A stretch of 23,570 nt of DNA from a virus (lineage: Duplodnaviria; Heunggongvirae; Uroviricota; Caudoviricetes): IMG/VR virus record IMGVR_UViG_2563366944_000005. The stretch is one strand, 5' to 3'. The position numbers and the translations under genes were made by a program. Every line of letters begins with the position of its first letter. Position 1 is the first letter of the stretch. Positions 12,935-20,791 of this stretch are shown piece by piece. The notes beneath the pieces were generated by a model. The model saw only the letters and a program-made list of their open reading frames with translations. It had not been told where the DNA came from and did no database searches.

Positions 12935-13222
12935 TCAGAGAATGCGTTTGACCGCCTCGCTATATACTTCCGAGCGTTCTCTTTTCCCAACAGAAATCAC
13001 GAAAACGACAACTTTCTCGTCTATAACCTGGTATACAAGGCGATAGCCTGAAGACCGGAGCTTAATCTTGTAACAATCAGGCATACCACGGAGCTTGTTT
13101 GCTTCAATCCGGGGTGACTCAAGTACTTCAACCAGCTTCTTTTTCAACTGTTCACGTACCGTCGAGCCCAGCTTTCGCCATTCCTTTAGTGCCCGCTCGT
13201 CAAAATCCAGAAAATACGCCAT
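12935..13222 (-). CDS. relE: RelE mRNA interferase toxin (95 aa)
   Basis: Track ORF MAYFLDFDERALKEWRKLGSTVREQLKKKLVEVLESPRIEANKLRGMPDCYKIKLRSSGYRLVYQVIDEKVVVFVISVGKRERSEVY...; ATGA overlap with relB stop. Confidence 0.9.
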   Translation of the reverse strand: MAYFLDFDERALKEWRKLGSTVREQLKKKLVEVLESPRIEANKLRGMPDCYKIKLRSSGYRLVYQVIDEKVVVFVISVGKRERSEVYSEAVKRIL

Positions 13223-13461
13223 CAGAGTTCATCCAGCGTCACACGTACTGGCTTAGGATTACGAAGCCGTTCTTTCACTATCTCCACAAGTTCAGCATCT
13301 TCATCACTCAGGAGTGTCTGTTTGAACGGCAAGCGTTCATTGTCAGCGATATACTCGAGCATGAGACGAAGCGCTTCAGAAGGAGTTACACCCATTTTTT
13401 CAAGCGCGGCGTAAGAACGCGCTTTAAGTTCATCGTCAATACGCAGGTTAATGCTACCCAT
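13222..13461 (-). CDS. relB: RelB antitoxin (79 aa)
   Basis: Track ORF MGSINLRIDDELKARSYAALEKMGVTPSEALRLMLEYIADNERLPFKQTLLSDEDAELVEIVKERLRNPKPVRVTLDEL. Confidence 0.9.
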   Translation of the reverse strand: MGSINLRIDDELKARSYAALEKMGVTPSEALRLMLEYIADNERLPFKQTLLSDEDAELVEIVKERLRNPKPVRVTLDEL

Positions 13462-13469
13462 GTCTTACA

Positions 13470-13500
13470 CCTCTTGTAATTACAAATGTCATTACAAGTA
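13470..13500 (-). promoter_or_regulatory. relBE promoter/operator (relO-like dyad)
   Basis: cTTGTAATTACAAatgtcATTACAAg: palindromic TGTAATTACA plus a repeated TTACAA half-site immediately upstream of relB. Confidence 0.6.
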
Positions 13501-13791
13501 TCGCACTACAACATGCTTAGGGCAAGTCACGAAGGAAGTCAGAAAGTAGTCGTAAGAACGGTGATCACTGTCCGCTTTGTGCCAGGAGCAGCCATTGCTA
13601 AGTCCATCCTGTATTGTGCAGGTCAGCTCGTTTTTAAAGAGTCCGGCCATCATCTTACTGGTACAGACACCATATACTTTGTGACGGTCAGGCTACATAT
13701 GCACAACTCAACTTATTCATCTATTTTTTGCTTTAGCATGTCAGTGTTGCTTTCTCGTCGGCGGGTGAGCGGTGACCTGACCTGTCGATAA
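13486..13791 (+). CDS. ydfV: ydfV-like ORF (101 aa), doubtful coding status
   Basis: Track ORF; no SD; Cys- and Ser-rich, odd composition; overlaps the relB promoter. Confidence 0.3.
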   Translation: MSLQVSHYNMLRASHEGSQKVVVRTVITVRFVPGAAIAKSILYCAGQLVFKESGHHLTGTDTIYFVTVRLHMHNSTYSSIFCFSMSVLLSRRRVSGDLTCR

Positions 13792-13943
13792 AGGAACGTA
13801 ACACGTTTTATGCAACACCCGCATGCGGCAGAAAATTATTGCCGAACGTTTACCCCTGTCAACAAGCTTTACTTTCTGAGGCGCGCCAGCCCGCGAGGAA
13901 AACAATCTGAACATCAAACAATTAATGACACAAGAAATACGAT

Positions 13944-13970
13944 TAAAGATTTTTTTGTGCATGCCGATAG
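13944..13970 (+). promoter_or_regulatory. sigma-28 (FliA) type promoter upstream of flxA
   Basis: TAAAGATT, 11 nt, GCCGATAG compared with the recalled consensus TAAAGTTT-N11-GCCGATAA; about 24 nt before the flxA SD GGAGA. Confidence 0.6.
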
Positions 13971-13993
13971 TGCTTTTTTAAAAGGAGAAATCT

Positions 13994-14326
13994 ATGTCTG
14001 TCACAATTCAGGGAAATACCTCAACCGTTATTTCAAACAACTCCGCCCCGGAAGGAACATCAGAAATAGCCAAAATCACAAGACAAATTCAGGTGCTGAC
14101 TGAAAAGCTTGGGAAAATCTCATCGGAAGAGGGGATGACGACACAGCAGAAAAAAGAAATGGCTGCATTGGTACAGAAGCAAATTGAAAGCCTCTGGGCT
14201 CAACTGGAGCAGTTGTTAAGGCAGCAGGCAGAGAAAAAGAATGAAGACGCGACAGTTCAGCCTGATAAAAAAGAAGAGAAAAAAGACGATACAAATACCG
14301 CTGGCACCATTGATATTTACGTCTAA
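13994..14326 (+). CDS. flxA: FlxA (110 aa)
   Basis: Track ORF; ATG with AAGGAGA SD; coiled-coil, Lys/Glu/Gln-rich. Confidence 0.85.
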   Translation: MSVTIQGNTSTVISNNSAPEGTSEIAKITRQIQVLTEKLGKISSEEGMTTQQKKEMAALVQKQIESLWAQLEQLLRQQAEKKNEDATVQPDKKEEKKDDTNTAGTIDIYV

Positions 14327-14337
14327 GTGACAGCCGT

Positions 14338-14368
14338 ATTGTGGCCCTCATCGGGCCACTTTTCGCCA
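14338..14368 (+). terminator. rho-independent terminator after flxA
   Basis: GTGGCCC-tcatc-GGGCCAC followed by TTTT. Confidence 0.6.
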
Positions 14369-14674
14369 TCAGCCTTTTCTTTAAAGACATATTATCTTTG
14401 TATCATTTCTGATAGTTAACATTACAAGATATAAGTAATGGACGCACTCCCAATTAGTCTATTTAAATCGCCACGAGTTTAACTGACAACCCATGATCAA
14501 TTATGAATTGCAACTATTTCTGTAGTCACTTTTGTGGGGACAGTCCACAAAACTGCCAACTTCCGCTTCTTGCTCTTAGCGGACATTAGCATAGGCTATT
14601 TACCATAACGCCTCATTACGCGCACCGCCCAGACTGACTCAGCGCGTTTCTGGCATATCCCCGGTAAAACAAGT

Positions 14675-16130
14675 AACAAACCACCCGAAAATGAACACCA
14701 GAAACGCGACTTAAGAATCTACCCTATGAATGGATATGCACTCAACCGAATCGATCTTGGTTTCAATCTTTTTTATCGGGATCAGGCTTCTTTTTAGGTA
14801 ACTTCGGGGGCTTAACTTGCTGATGACTTTGCGTTCGGCGCGTAAGCCAGGGATGGTCAGCTTTAGGTTTAACATAGTATTTTGAGCGTAAATCAATACG
14901 GGCATTATCCACTCGTTCATGGACACTCTTTTCATCATCCAGTGGTATAGGCTCCGGGCCATCAACATACTTTTCCCAGCCCAGCGCTTTCCCGTCATAC
15001 AGAACGTTAATTTCACCGTCAAAGTTCTCGCATACAGTAACAACCGAATGCCTAAGTCGATATCCCCGGCCCTCACTGCGTACCTGAAACGCACTGCTTT
15101 TGTACTGGAAAGTGAGATTTTTAGACAGAACGCGCTTCGCCTGTAGGCTGAAGATATAACCCAGTTCCTCTTCAGAATGGTGCACATCAAGATGAGCATT
15201 ATCAGTAGTACGAGGCGACGTAGCGAACCGGTTGTTATAGGCTTCAATAAAGGTCGGCAACCATGCATTTGCTGTTTCAATATCACTGATATTCTGAAGC
15301 CGCATTTCTTTGACCAGCCTGTCCTGTAGTGTCTGATTGGCGCGCTCTACCCGCCCTTTTGCCTGCGGGCTGTTGGCATGGATTGGCTCGATGCCCAGTG
15401 TCTTTATCGCACGAGTGAACTGGGTCAGCTCACCTTCCCGCTCTGGGTTATTTACCCTGAATATACTGTGTCTATCAGAGTAGAGAGCGAGCGGTACGCC
15501 ATGATCATTAAGGTAACCCCGGAGGGTTTCCATGTAAGCCCGGGTTGTTTCAGCAGGCACAAAACGCAACGCCATCAACGCACTGGTGGCATCATCAATG
15601 AAAACGATCAGTGTACATCTGGGGCCTCGATTTTCAAACCAGTCATGAGGTGAGCCATCAATCTGGATCAGTTCACCGTAAGATGGTCGTCGCATGCGGC
15701 GTTGATATATACGGGCAATTTTACGACGGCGTTCACGCCATAACCCCTCTTCTATCATCCACTTTCTGAGAGTTTCAACGGATAAAGATAAACCGTGTAT
15801 CTCGCGCAATTTTTCGCACGCAAACGTAGGTCCAAAATCAGCGTAACGGCCTTTGAGGAGTGAAATTACTGTTGCTCTGAATTCAGTAGAAAAGGAATTA
15901 TTAGGACGCTTTCCACGTCGGTGGGAAACCAGAGCAGAAGGCCCTTCATTTCTATACCGTTGCACCAGACGTTTAACCTGCCGAATAGAAATGCCAATGC
16001 GTGCCGCAGCTTGTTCCTGAATAATCTGAAGTCGGTGGAGTTCCTTATGACTCATCGTAACAGTCTCTTTGATCATGAAAAATCCCCCAGAGAATTGTCT
16101 GGGGACATTTTAGAATGGTTCAAAGGGGAC
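14675..16130 (-). mobile_element. insertion-sequence-like element (about 1.45 kb) carrying the transposase; ends approximate
   Basis: Imperfect inverted repeats: 14679-14693 aaccacccgaaaatg versus 16106-16120 cattttagaatggtt (CATTTTnGnnTGGTT core, roughly 75% over about 20 bp). Confidence 0.45.
14763..16076 (-). CDS. DDE transposase with integrase (rve-type) catalytic core and N-terminal HTH (437 aa)
   Basis: Track ORF; ATG with GGGGG SD; candidate D/D/E residues in LIVFIDDATS, ALYSDRHSIF, GRVERANQTL; HTH IGISIRQVKRLVQRY; IS family not assigned. Confidence 0.85.
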   Translation of the reverse strand: MIKETVTMSHKELHRLQIIQEQAAARIGISIRQVKRLVQRYRNEGPSALVSHRRGKRPNNSFSTEFRATVISLLKGRYADFGPTFACEKLREIHGLSLSVETLRKWMIEEGLWRERRRKIARIYQRRMRRPSYGELIQIDGSPHDWFENRGPRCTLIVFIDDATSALMALRFVPAETTRAYMETLRGYLNDHGVPLALYSDRHSIFRVNNPEREGELTQFTRAIKTLGIEPIHANSPQAKGRVERANQTLQDRLVKEMRLQNISDIETANAWLPTFIEAYNNRFATSPRTTDNAHLDVHHSEEELGYIFSLQAKRVLSKNLTFQYKSSAFQVRSEGRGYRLRHSVVTVCENFDGEINVLYDGKALGWEKYVDGPEPIPLDDEKSVHERVDNARIDLRSKYYVKPKADHPWLTRRTQSHQQVKPPKLPKKKPDPDKKD

Positions 16131-16410
16131 ATTACAGCTTGGTGTTAACAATAGCCTGCTTCTCCGTGCCTTTCGGCACGTAAGAGGCTAACCTACATGT
16201 GTCTAGCATGAAATTGGCCTCAGATTAATGTTAAGCGTCTTGCAGGACGCGTAATGTTAACTGGGGCTTTTCTCTATCTGCCGTTGGTGTCCATGCCCGA
16301 GGCAGATAGCCTCAAGCACCCGCAGTCATTCTACTTAACTAAGATTTCCCCGCAAACCGTTTTTGTCCAGCACAGTAAATATCCAACTAAACCAATGGAG
16401 TTCGCTGTAT

Positions 16411-16590
16411 TTACCGCCAGTATTCAATGCACATGACCGCCATGAACACCCCTAAAAAAAGGGCATTTATATATCCAAATATTAATATCAAAACATCAAC
16501 TTTTTCCATATACCTTGCTGTGAAGATGATGGGCATACATGATGCGAACAACCAGAACGCAACAAACAAAAACTGCAATGCGTTTTTCAT
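16411..16590 (-). CDS. small hydrophobic protein (59 aa, two predicted transmembrane helices)
   Basis: Track ORF 16411..16629 trimmed to the ATG at 16590 preceded by AGGAGG at 5 nt; MKNALQFLFVAFWLFASCMPIIF...VLILIFGYINALFLGVFMAVMCI. Confidence 0.5.
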   Translation of the reverse strand: MKNALQFLFVAFWLFASCMPIIFTARYMEKVDVLILIFGYINALFLGVFMAVMCIEYWR

Positions 16591-16844
16591 TATTCCTCCT
16601 ACAATCAATGTGCAATTACATTTAAACACACCTCAATTTGGCCGGACATATAAATATCTAAACCAGAAAAAATCACTTACATAGCGTTACAAACTCTTTA
16701 GTCTAAAGGTTCATCGTAAAACATTCCCCATACTTATCAGTCCGTTCCGCGCCAGGTAGCTCATTGCCTTATCTGGCAACCTGTAATCAGGTTTCCGCTT
16801 TTTCAGTTGGCTGGTCGTTTAACCGACATAGTTAATCCATTAAT

Positions 16845-17132
16845 CTAGTTGCCGGATGTTGGTGGATTTTCGCGTTTTAGTTGTTCATAAAAGTGCACAG
16901 CTTTAACCAGTTCTTCTGATGTAACGGGGACTGGTGAGGCAGTGAATAAGGCCTGAATTTGATAGTTCGGCCTGTCGTTACAATCCTCTTTTTTCGGTAC
17001 ATATTTCCAGTCACCAGACCACTACTTCCCCTGAAAGTCCGTAACGCCTTTTTTTACGTAGCGATATCGCCATGCCACTGGTTTTGCTTGCCCCGCCGTT
17101 TCATGCCCTTCCTGATAATTAATCTCGCTCAT
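16845..17132 (-). pseudogene. ORF interrupted by an in-frame amber codon (36 codons, TAG, 58 codons)
   Basis: Hand translation MSEINYQEGHETAGQAKPVAWRYRYVKKGVTDFQGK*WSGDWKYVPKKEDCNDRPNYQIQALFTASPVPVTSEELVKAVHFYEQLKRENPPTSGN*; TAG at about 17022-17024. Confidence 0.3.
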
Positions 17133-17742
17133 TCATCGCCCCACTCATCACAATATGCTTCGACCGGAGTTTTTCCCGCTTCATAGTCATCACGCTAGGA
17201 TTCGACATCAGCAGCACTTCCACCGCGTAACTCACCATAGTCCATTAATAGTTCATCCCGCTCTTCAAAACTGATGTTATATTTAGCTGAACAAAAATCA
17301 GCCACTTTGTGCTTCCTCATCGTCTTTTATTTCGTGGTATGAGTAATTGCAGTAGTTAAAGAAAATTTCTTATGCTCCGTCATGAATTTCCTCAGGTGTT
17401 GCGTCATCGTCCACTTCGAATACATCCTCAAAATCTCCACCAGCTATTCCCGTTTCAATAATAATTTTGAACTTTCGCATTTCACTACCGCCCTTTCGGG
17501 CGGCCTCCTGATGTTCTGAGGGTGCAGAAATCCATCCGGTTAAGGATTAAATTTTATTTACAGAACTGAATTTAATTATTCAGATATACGTATCTGTAGC
17601 CTTACGAATCTACTCACTGGATGCCTCTTTCATAAAAATAATCCAGTGGGTTTTATCGTTTTTTCCCTGTTCGTTGACAGATAACAGGTTTTCTGTCTGT
17701 CAGTGCCAGAATCTGGCTTACCGGTATTTGCGTTTCATTCCA

Positions 17743-18099
17743 TTAAAAAATCAGAACGCCGTGCGGCCTCAACACCCGAAAGGCTTCTTTAAATCTCTGT
17801 CGCGAATCATCACGCCAGGCATCTTTATTCAGCCGTCCATATTTCTTTCCCATCCAGGCGTTATCACCAACACTCTCAAGATGCGGAGGGTCTAATACAA
17901 CCATCGAAAAAGATGCGTCTGCAAATGATAATGCACGAAAATCTGCGATAATGTCAGGGCTGATAATCAAGCGTCTCCCATTGCGTAATGTGTATCCTTC
18001 TTTTCTGATATCGCTGAATATCGCCCGTTCGTCAGACTTATCGAACCAGAACATGCGGCTGCCACAGCACATATCAAGAATGGTTGCCGGTGCACTCAC
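17743..18099 (-). CDS. DNA methyltransferase-like N-terminal fragment (118 aa), probably truncated
   Basis: Track ORF with GTG start overlapping the upstream stop (GTGA); SAM-binding-like ILDMCCGS and DPPH motif; ends right after RVLRPHGVLIF with no continuation in any frame. Confidence 0.4.
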   Translation of the reverse strand: MSAPATILDMCCGSRMFWFDKSDERAIFSDIRKEGYTLRNGRRLIISPDIIADFRALSFADASFSMVVLDPPHLESVGDNAWMGKKYGRLNKDAWRDDSRQRFKEAFRVLRPHGVLIF

Positions 18100-18518
18100 T
18101 GCGCCACGTCCTGAAAATTACCCTGATAGAAAGCCAGTATGCGCTGCATAACTTCGCTCTTCCGGCACTCGCGACAGATTATGTTTAGGCGACTGTCGTA
18201 GCGACGTATTTCTCCGTCAGGTGATGACCAGATAAGGTCCGGATCAACCACAGCAGGTTTCTTCACCTTTGCCCTCGAGAGTTTTTTGCGGGCGTTTTGC
18301 CAGTCCTTACGCGCCTGTTCAGAGGGGAATAACCCGTAGCCGGAGTTGTATACATCGCCACTGGCTACCAGCTCTCTGGCAAGAACGCTCATCAGATATC
18401 TAGTCGCACCTGTTTTAGCTTCCAGTTGCCGTAACGTCTCACGGCCGCTCTGGCGCACGAGTTCCACCACCTGCCATTTAATTTTTTCCCGCTCTTCTTG
18501 TGTAAAAACTTTTGCCAC
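18096..18518 (-). CDS. hypothetical protein (140 aa), possible winged-helix DNA-binding protein
   Basis: Track ORF; GTG start preceded by AGGGGG; lies 40 nt downstream of the O-like gene. Confidence 0.55.
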   Translation of the reverse strand: MAKVFTQEEREKIKWQVVELVRQSGRETLRQLEAKTGATRYLMSVLARELVASGDVYNSGYGLFPSEQARKDWQNARKKLSRAKVKKPAVVDPDLIWSSPDGEIRRYDSRLNIICRECRKSEVMQRILAFYQGNFQDVAQ

Positions 18519-18558
18519 AAGTCCCCCTTAAAATTACCTCATGACCTGAAATCAACAC

Positions 18559-19524
18559 TTATCCTCTGAAACCAGGCGGAATTTCTGTATCCGGTTCAGA
18601 AATATGATTAACACAACGCTGTACAGGTGAACGTCCCAGGCGGATGACCAGTTCGTCCCATTTTTCGCGGAGCTTTGACGGGCTCATGATGTTTTTTACC
18701 CAGAATGGATCTCGCTGAACCCGACCAAACATTTCGCAAATTTGTCTGTGGCTTCTGCCATCCAGCATCCGCATTGTGCGCACGTCATTGGCCCAGGCAG
18801 TCCAGTTAGGCTCTTTTGGTCGCATGATCTCGCCATCATCACTGGCTGCCTGTTCGTAGAGACCCACGATCCGCCCCCAGATCCACTGCGCACACGCCAA
18901 ATCCTCCCTGCTACCCCACTGGCGTTTTTTCGCACTAAACACAACCGCGTCGGAGTTCCGGGTTAAAAAATCCTGTTCAGTCGTCTGCGGGTCCGGTTGC
19001 GAAGCTTCCGGACGAAAAGTGTTTTTATTCTCTGTAGTAATCTCTGTTGTATTCTCTGTAAGATCATCAGGCCATTTTGACCCGATGACATTGGGTCGTT
19101 TTGAACCAATGGAGCGTTTCATTTTGACCTCTTCCATCGTGTCATTTTGACCTGATGGAGCGGCGCATTTTGAACCGATGGATTCGCTCAATTTGCCACC
19201 ATCTAAAAGCTCGCTCCCATAGTTGATCGTGTAGAAATTGGTCATATCGCGCTTTGATTTATTGAGCTTTTCACAACGCAAAAGCCCCAGCGTTTTCAGA
19301 CTTGCAAACGCGCGCTTTAACGTTGACTCTGACCAGAATGGGAACTGTTCCAGCCATTGTTCCGTTGTGTTATAAATCCAGCGAACACCATCACATTCCA
19401 TGCCGGAGTTGGTATCTCTCAACCAGTAGTGCAGTTGTTGCAAAACAATGGCTTCGTTTAAGCCAATTTTCATTGCCAGCTGCGTGTTTATAACCAGTGG
19501 GCGTTCAGCAAAAAGAAGGCTCAT
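18559..19524 (-). CDS. replication initiator / replisome organizer (O-like); about 321 aa from the first ATG
   Basis: Track ORF 18559..19578 begins at TTG; N-terminal DNA-binding-like region; central repeated IGSK motifs encoded by iterons. Confidence 0.75.
   Translation of the reverse strand: MSLLFAERPLVINTQLAMKIGLNEAIVLQQLHYWLRDTNSGMECDGVRWIYNTTEQWLEQFPFWSESTLKRAFASLKTLGLLRCEKLNKSKRDMTNFYTINYGSELLDGGKLSESIGSKCAAPSGQNDTMEEVKMKRSIGSKRPNVIGSKWPDDLTENTTEITTENKNTFRPEASQPDPQTTEQDFLTRNSDAVVFSAKKRQWGSREDLACAQWIWGRIVGLYEQAASDDGEIMRPKEPNWTAWANDVRTMRMLDGRSHRQICEMFGRVQRDPFWVKNIMSPSKLREKWDELVIRLGRSPVQRCVNHISEPDTEIPPGFRG
19070..19195. repeat. origin-like iteron array inside the O-like gene (5 direct repeats at about 23-24 bp spacing)
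   Basis: cATTTTGAcCCGATGa / gTTTTGAaCCAATGGA / cATTTTGAcCtcttcc / cATTTTGAcCTGATGGA / cATTTTGAaCCGATGGA starting near 19073, 19097, 19120, 19143, 19167; AT-rich TCTCTGT-repeat stretch at 19030-19060. Confidence 0.65.
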
Positions 19525-20026
19525 AATTCCATCCAGCTTTTTGTTGGTATTGCTGTCGATACGCAAGTTTGAAAGCAATTGCTTTTTCTATAAGTTCGTC
19601 AGTTTCACGATCCACTACGGCAGGATCAGCAAAAAGCAGTCCGGACTCCACCACATCGCCATATTCTTTGTTTAACCCGGCGATCATGCACGTGATGCTT
19701 TTTCCGTCAGTAATTTCACGATACAACCTGAAATCATTAATCCGGATAGCCTCCATAATTGCAGGCACTAGCGCCGTGAACTTTTCACGCTTATCCCTGG
19801 TGTCGATAGCCTTCCAGCGTTCAAATATCTTCACTCGATTAACGCCAAGCGCTCGCTGATCAATCGCGCCACCTTCATATGTGACACGCTGAACATCGAT
19901 GTTCGGGCGCTCTTTCAAAGCCCAGAATGCTTCAGTGATTAATATCGTCGCCTGCTCCTGTGTCATTCCTGGTCGACATATCCAGGCATCCAGAGCCTCA
20001 CGAGCCTGTTCAGGAGTGATTTTCAT
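19505..20026 (-). CDS. hypothetical regulatory protein in the cII position (173 aa); possibly YdaT-family
   Basis: Track ORF; ATG start; overlaps dicC 3' end by 17 nt and the O-like gene start. Confidence 0.6.
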   Translation of the reverse strand: MKITPEQAREALDAWICRPGMTQEQATILITEAFWALKERPNIDVQRVTYEGGAIDQRALGVNRVKIFERWKAIDTRDKREKFTALVPAIMEAIRINDFRLYREITDGKSITCMIAGLNKEYGDVVESGLLFADPAVVDRETDELIEKAIAFKLAYRQQYQQKAGWNYEPSFC

Positions 20027-20240
20027 TGTTCAACCGCCCCGCCCGCTTCGTCTTACGATATTCATCATAAACTTTGGGATCATACTGAAGCTCCCCGCCA
20101 GATGCCTCCTGTAGACGCATCGCGCGACCTTCGGGAACTAAATCCCCTTTCCAGCTATAAAGCGAAGCCAAACGAATACCTGCTGCTTGTGCAAGTTTTG
20201 TTTTTGAACCGAAATACAAAAGAGCGTCAGTTTTAAGCAT
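20010..20240 (-). CDS. dicC: Cro-like repressor DicC (76 aa)
   Basis: Track ORF MLKTDALLYFGSKTKLAQAAGIRLASLYSWKGDLVPEGRAMRLQEASGGELQYDPKVYDEYRKTKRAGRLNNENHS; divergent from dicA. Confidence 0.85.
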   Translation of the reverse strand: MLKTDALLYFGSKTKLAQAAGIRLASLYSWKGDLVPEGRAMRLQEASGGELQYDPKVYDEYRKTKRAGRLNNENHS

Positions 20241-20254
20241 TTAAAACACCTTTA

Positions 20255-20322
20255 TTGTTAGTCATAACTAACAAGATAGATGTTAACAAAAACATAGTCA
20301 ATACGATTTAGCATTAGCTAAC
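20255..20322. promoter_or_regulatory. dicA-dicC divergent control region with two TTAG-N6-CTAA operator-like palindromes
   Basis: TTAGtcataaCTAA at about 20258-20271 and TTAGcattagCTAA at about 20308-20321; also ATGTT-aacaaa-AACAT dyad. Confidence 0.5.
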
Positions 20323-20323
20323 T

Positions 20324-20731
20324 ATGGAAACAAAAAATTTAACTATCGGCGAACGCATCAGGTATCGTCGGAAAAACCTCAAACACACCCAAAGGTCTCT
20401 TGCTAAAGCCCTGAAAATCTCCCATGTGTCTGTATCACAATGGGAACGGGGTGATAGTGAACCTACAGGGAAGAACCTTTTTGCCCTCAGCAAAGTATTG
20501 CAATGCTCACCAACATGGATTCTATTTGGCGATGAAGACAAGCAACCAACACCACCTGTTGAGAAGCCAGTTGCCTTATCCCCCAAAGAACTAGAGCTCC
20601 TTGAGCTGTTTAATGCACTGCCAGAATCAGAACAGGATACCCAGCTCGCCGAAATGCGAGCTCGAGTAAAAAACTTCAATAAACTCTTTGAAGAATTACT
20701 AAAAGCCCGTCAGCGGACAAATAAAAGATAA
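20324..20731 (+). CDS. dicA: HTH repressor DicA (135 aa)
   Basis: Track ORF METKNLTIGERIRYRRKNLKHTQRSLAKALKISHVSVSQWERGDSEPTGKNLFALSKVLQCSPTWILFGDED...; ATG verified. Confidence 0.9.
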   Translation: METKNLTIGERIRYRRKNLKHTQRSLAKALKISHVSVSQWERGDSEPTGKNLFALSKVLQCSPTWILFGDEDKQPTPPVEKPVALSPKELELLELFNALPESEQDTQLAEMRARVKNFNKLFEELLKARQRTNKR

Positions 20732-20791
20732 CATCATCAATGAGTTATCTTTTACCACATCAATTATGTTAGCTATAGCATACAAAATCAC

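Noticed and set aside
12870-12960. Expected sok antisense RNA and mok leader ORF upstream of hokD
   Set aside because: hokD starts only 71 nt after relE, so there is no room for mok or a sok promoter; the plus-strand track ORF 12730..12951 is a GTG-initiated shadow over hokD and relE.
14711-15286. 191-aa minus-strand ORF overlapping the transposase 3' half
   Set aside because: Out-of-frame overlap with the clearly coding transposase; no independent start signal.
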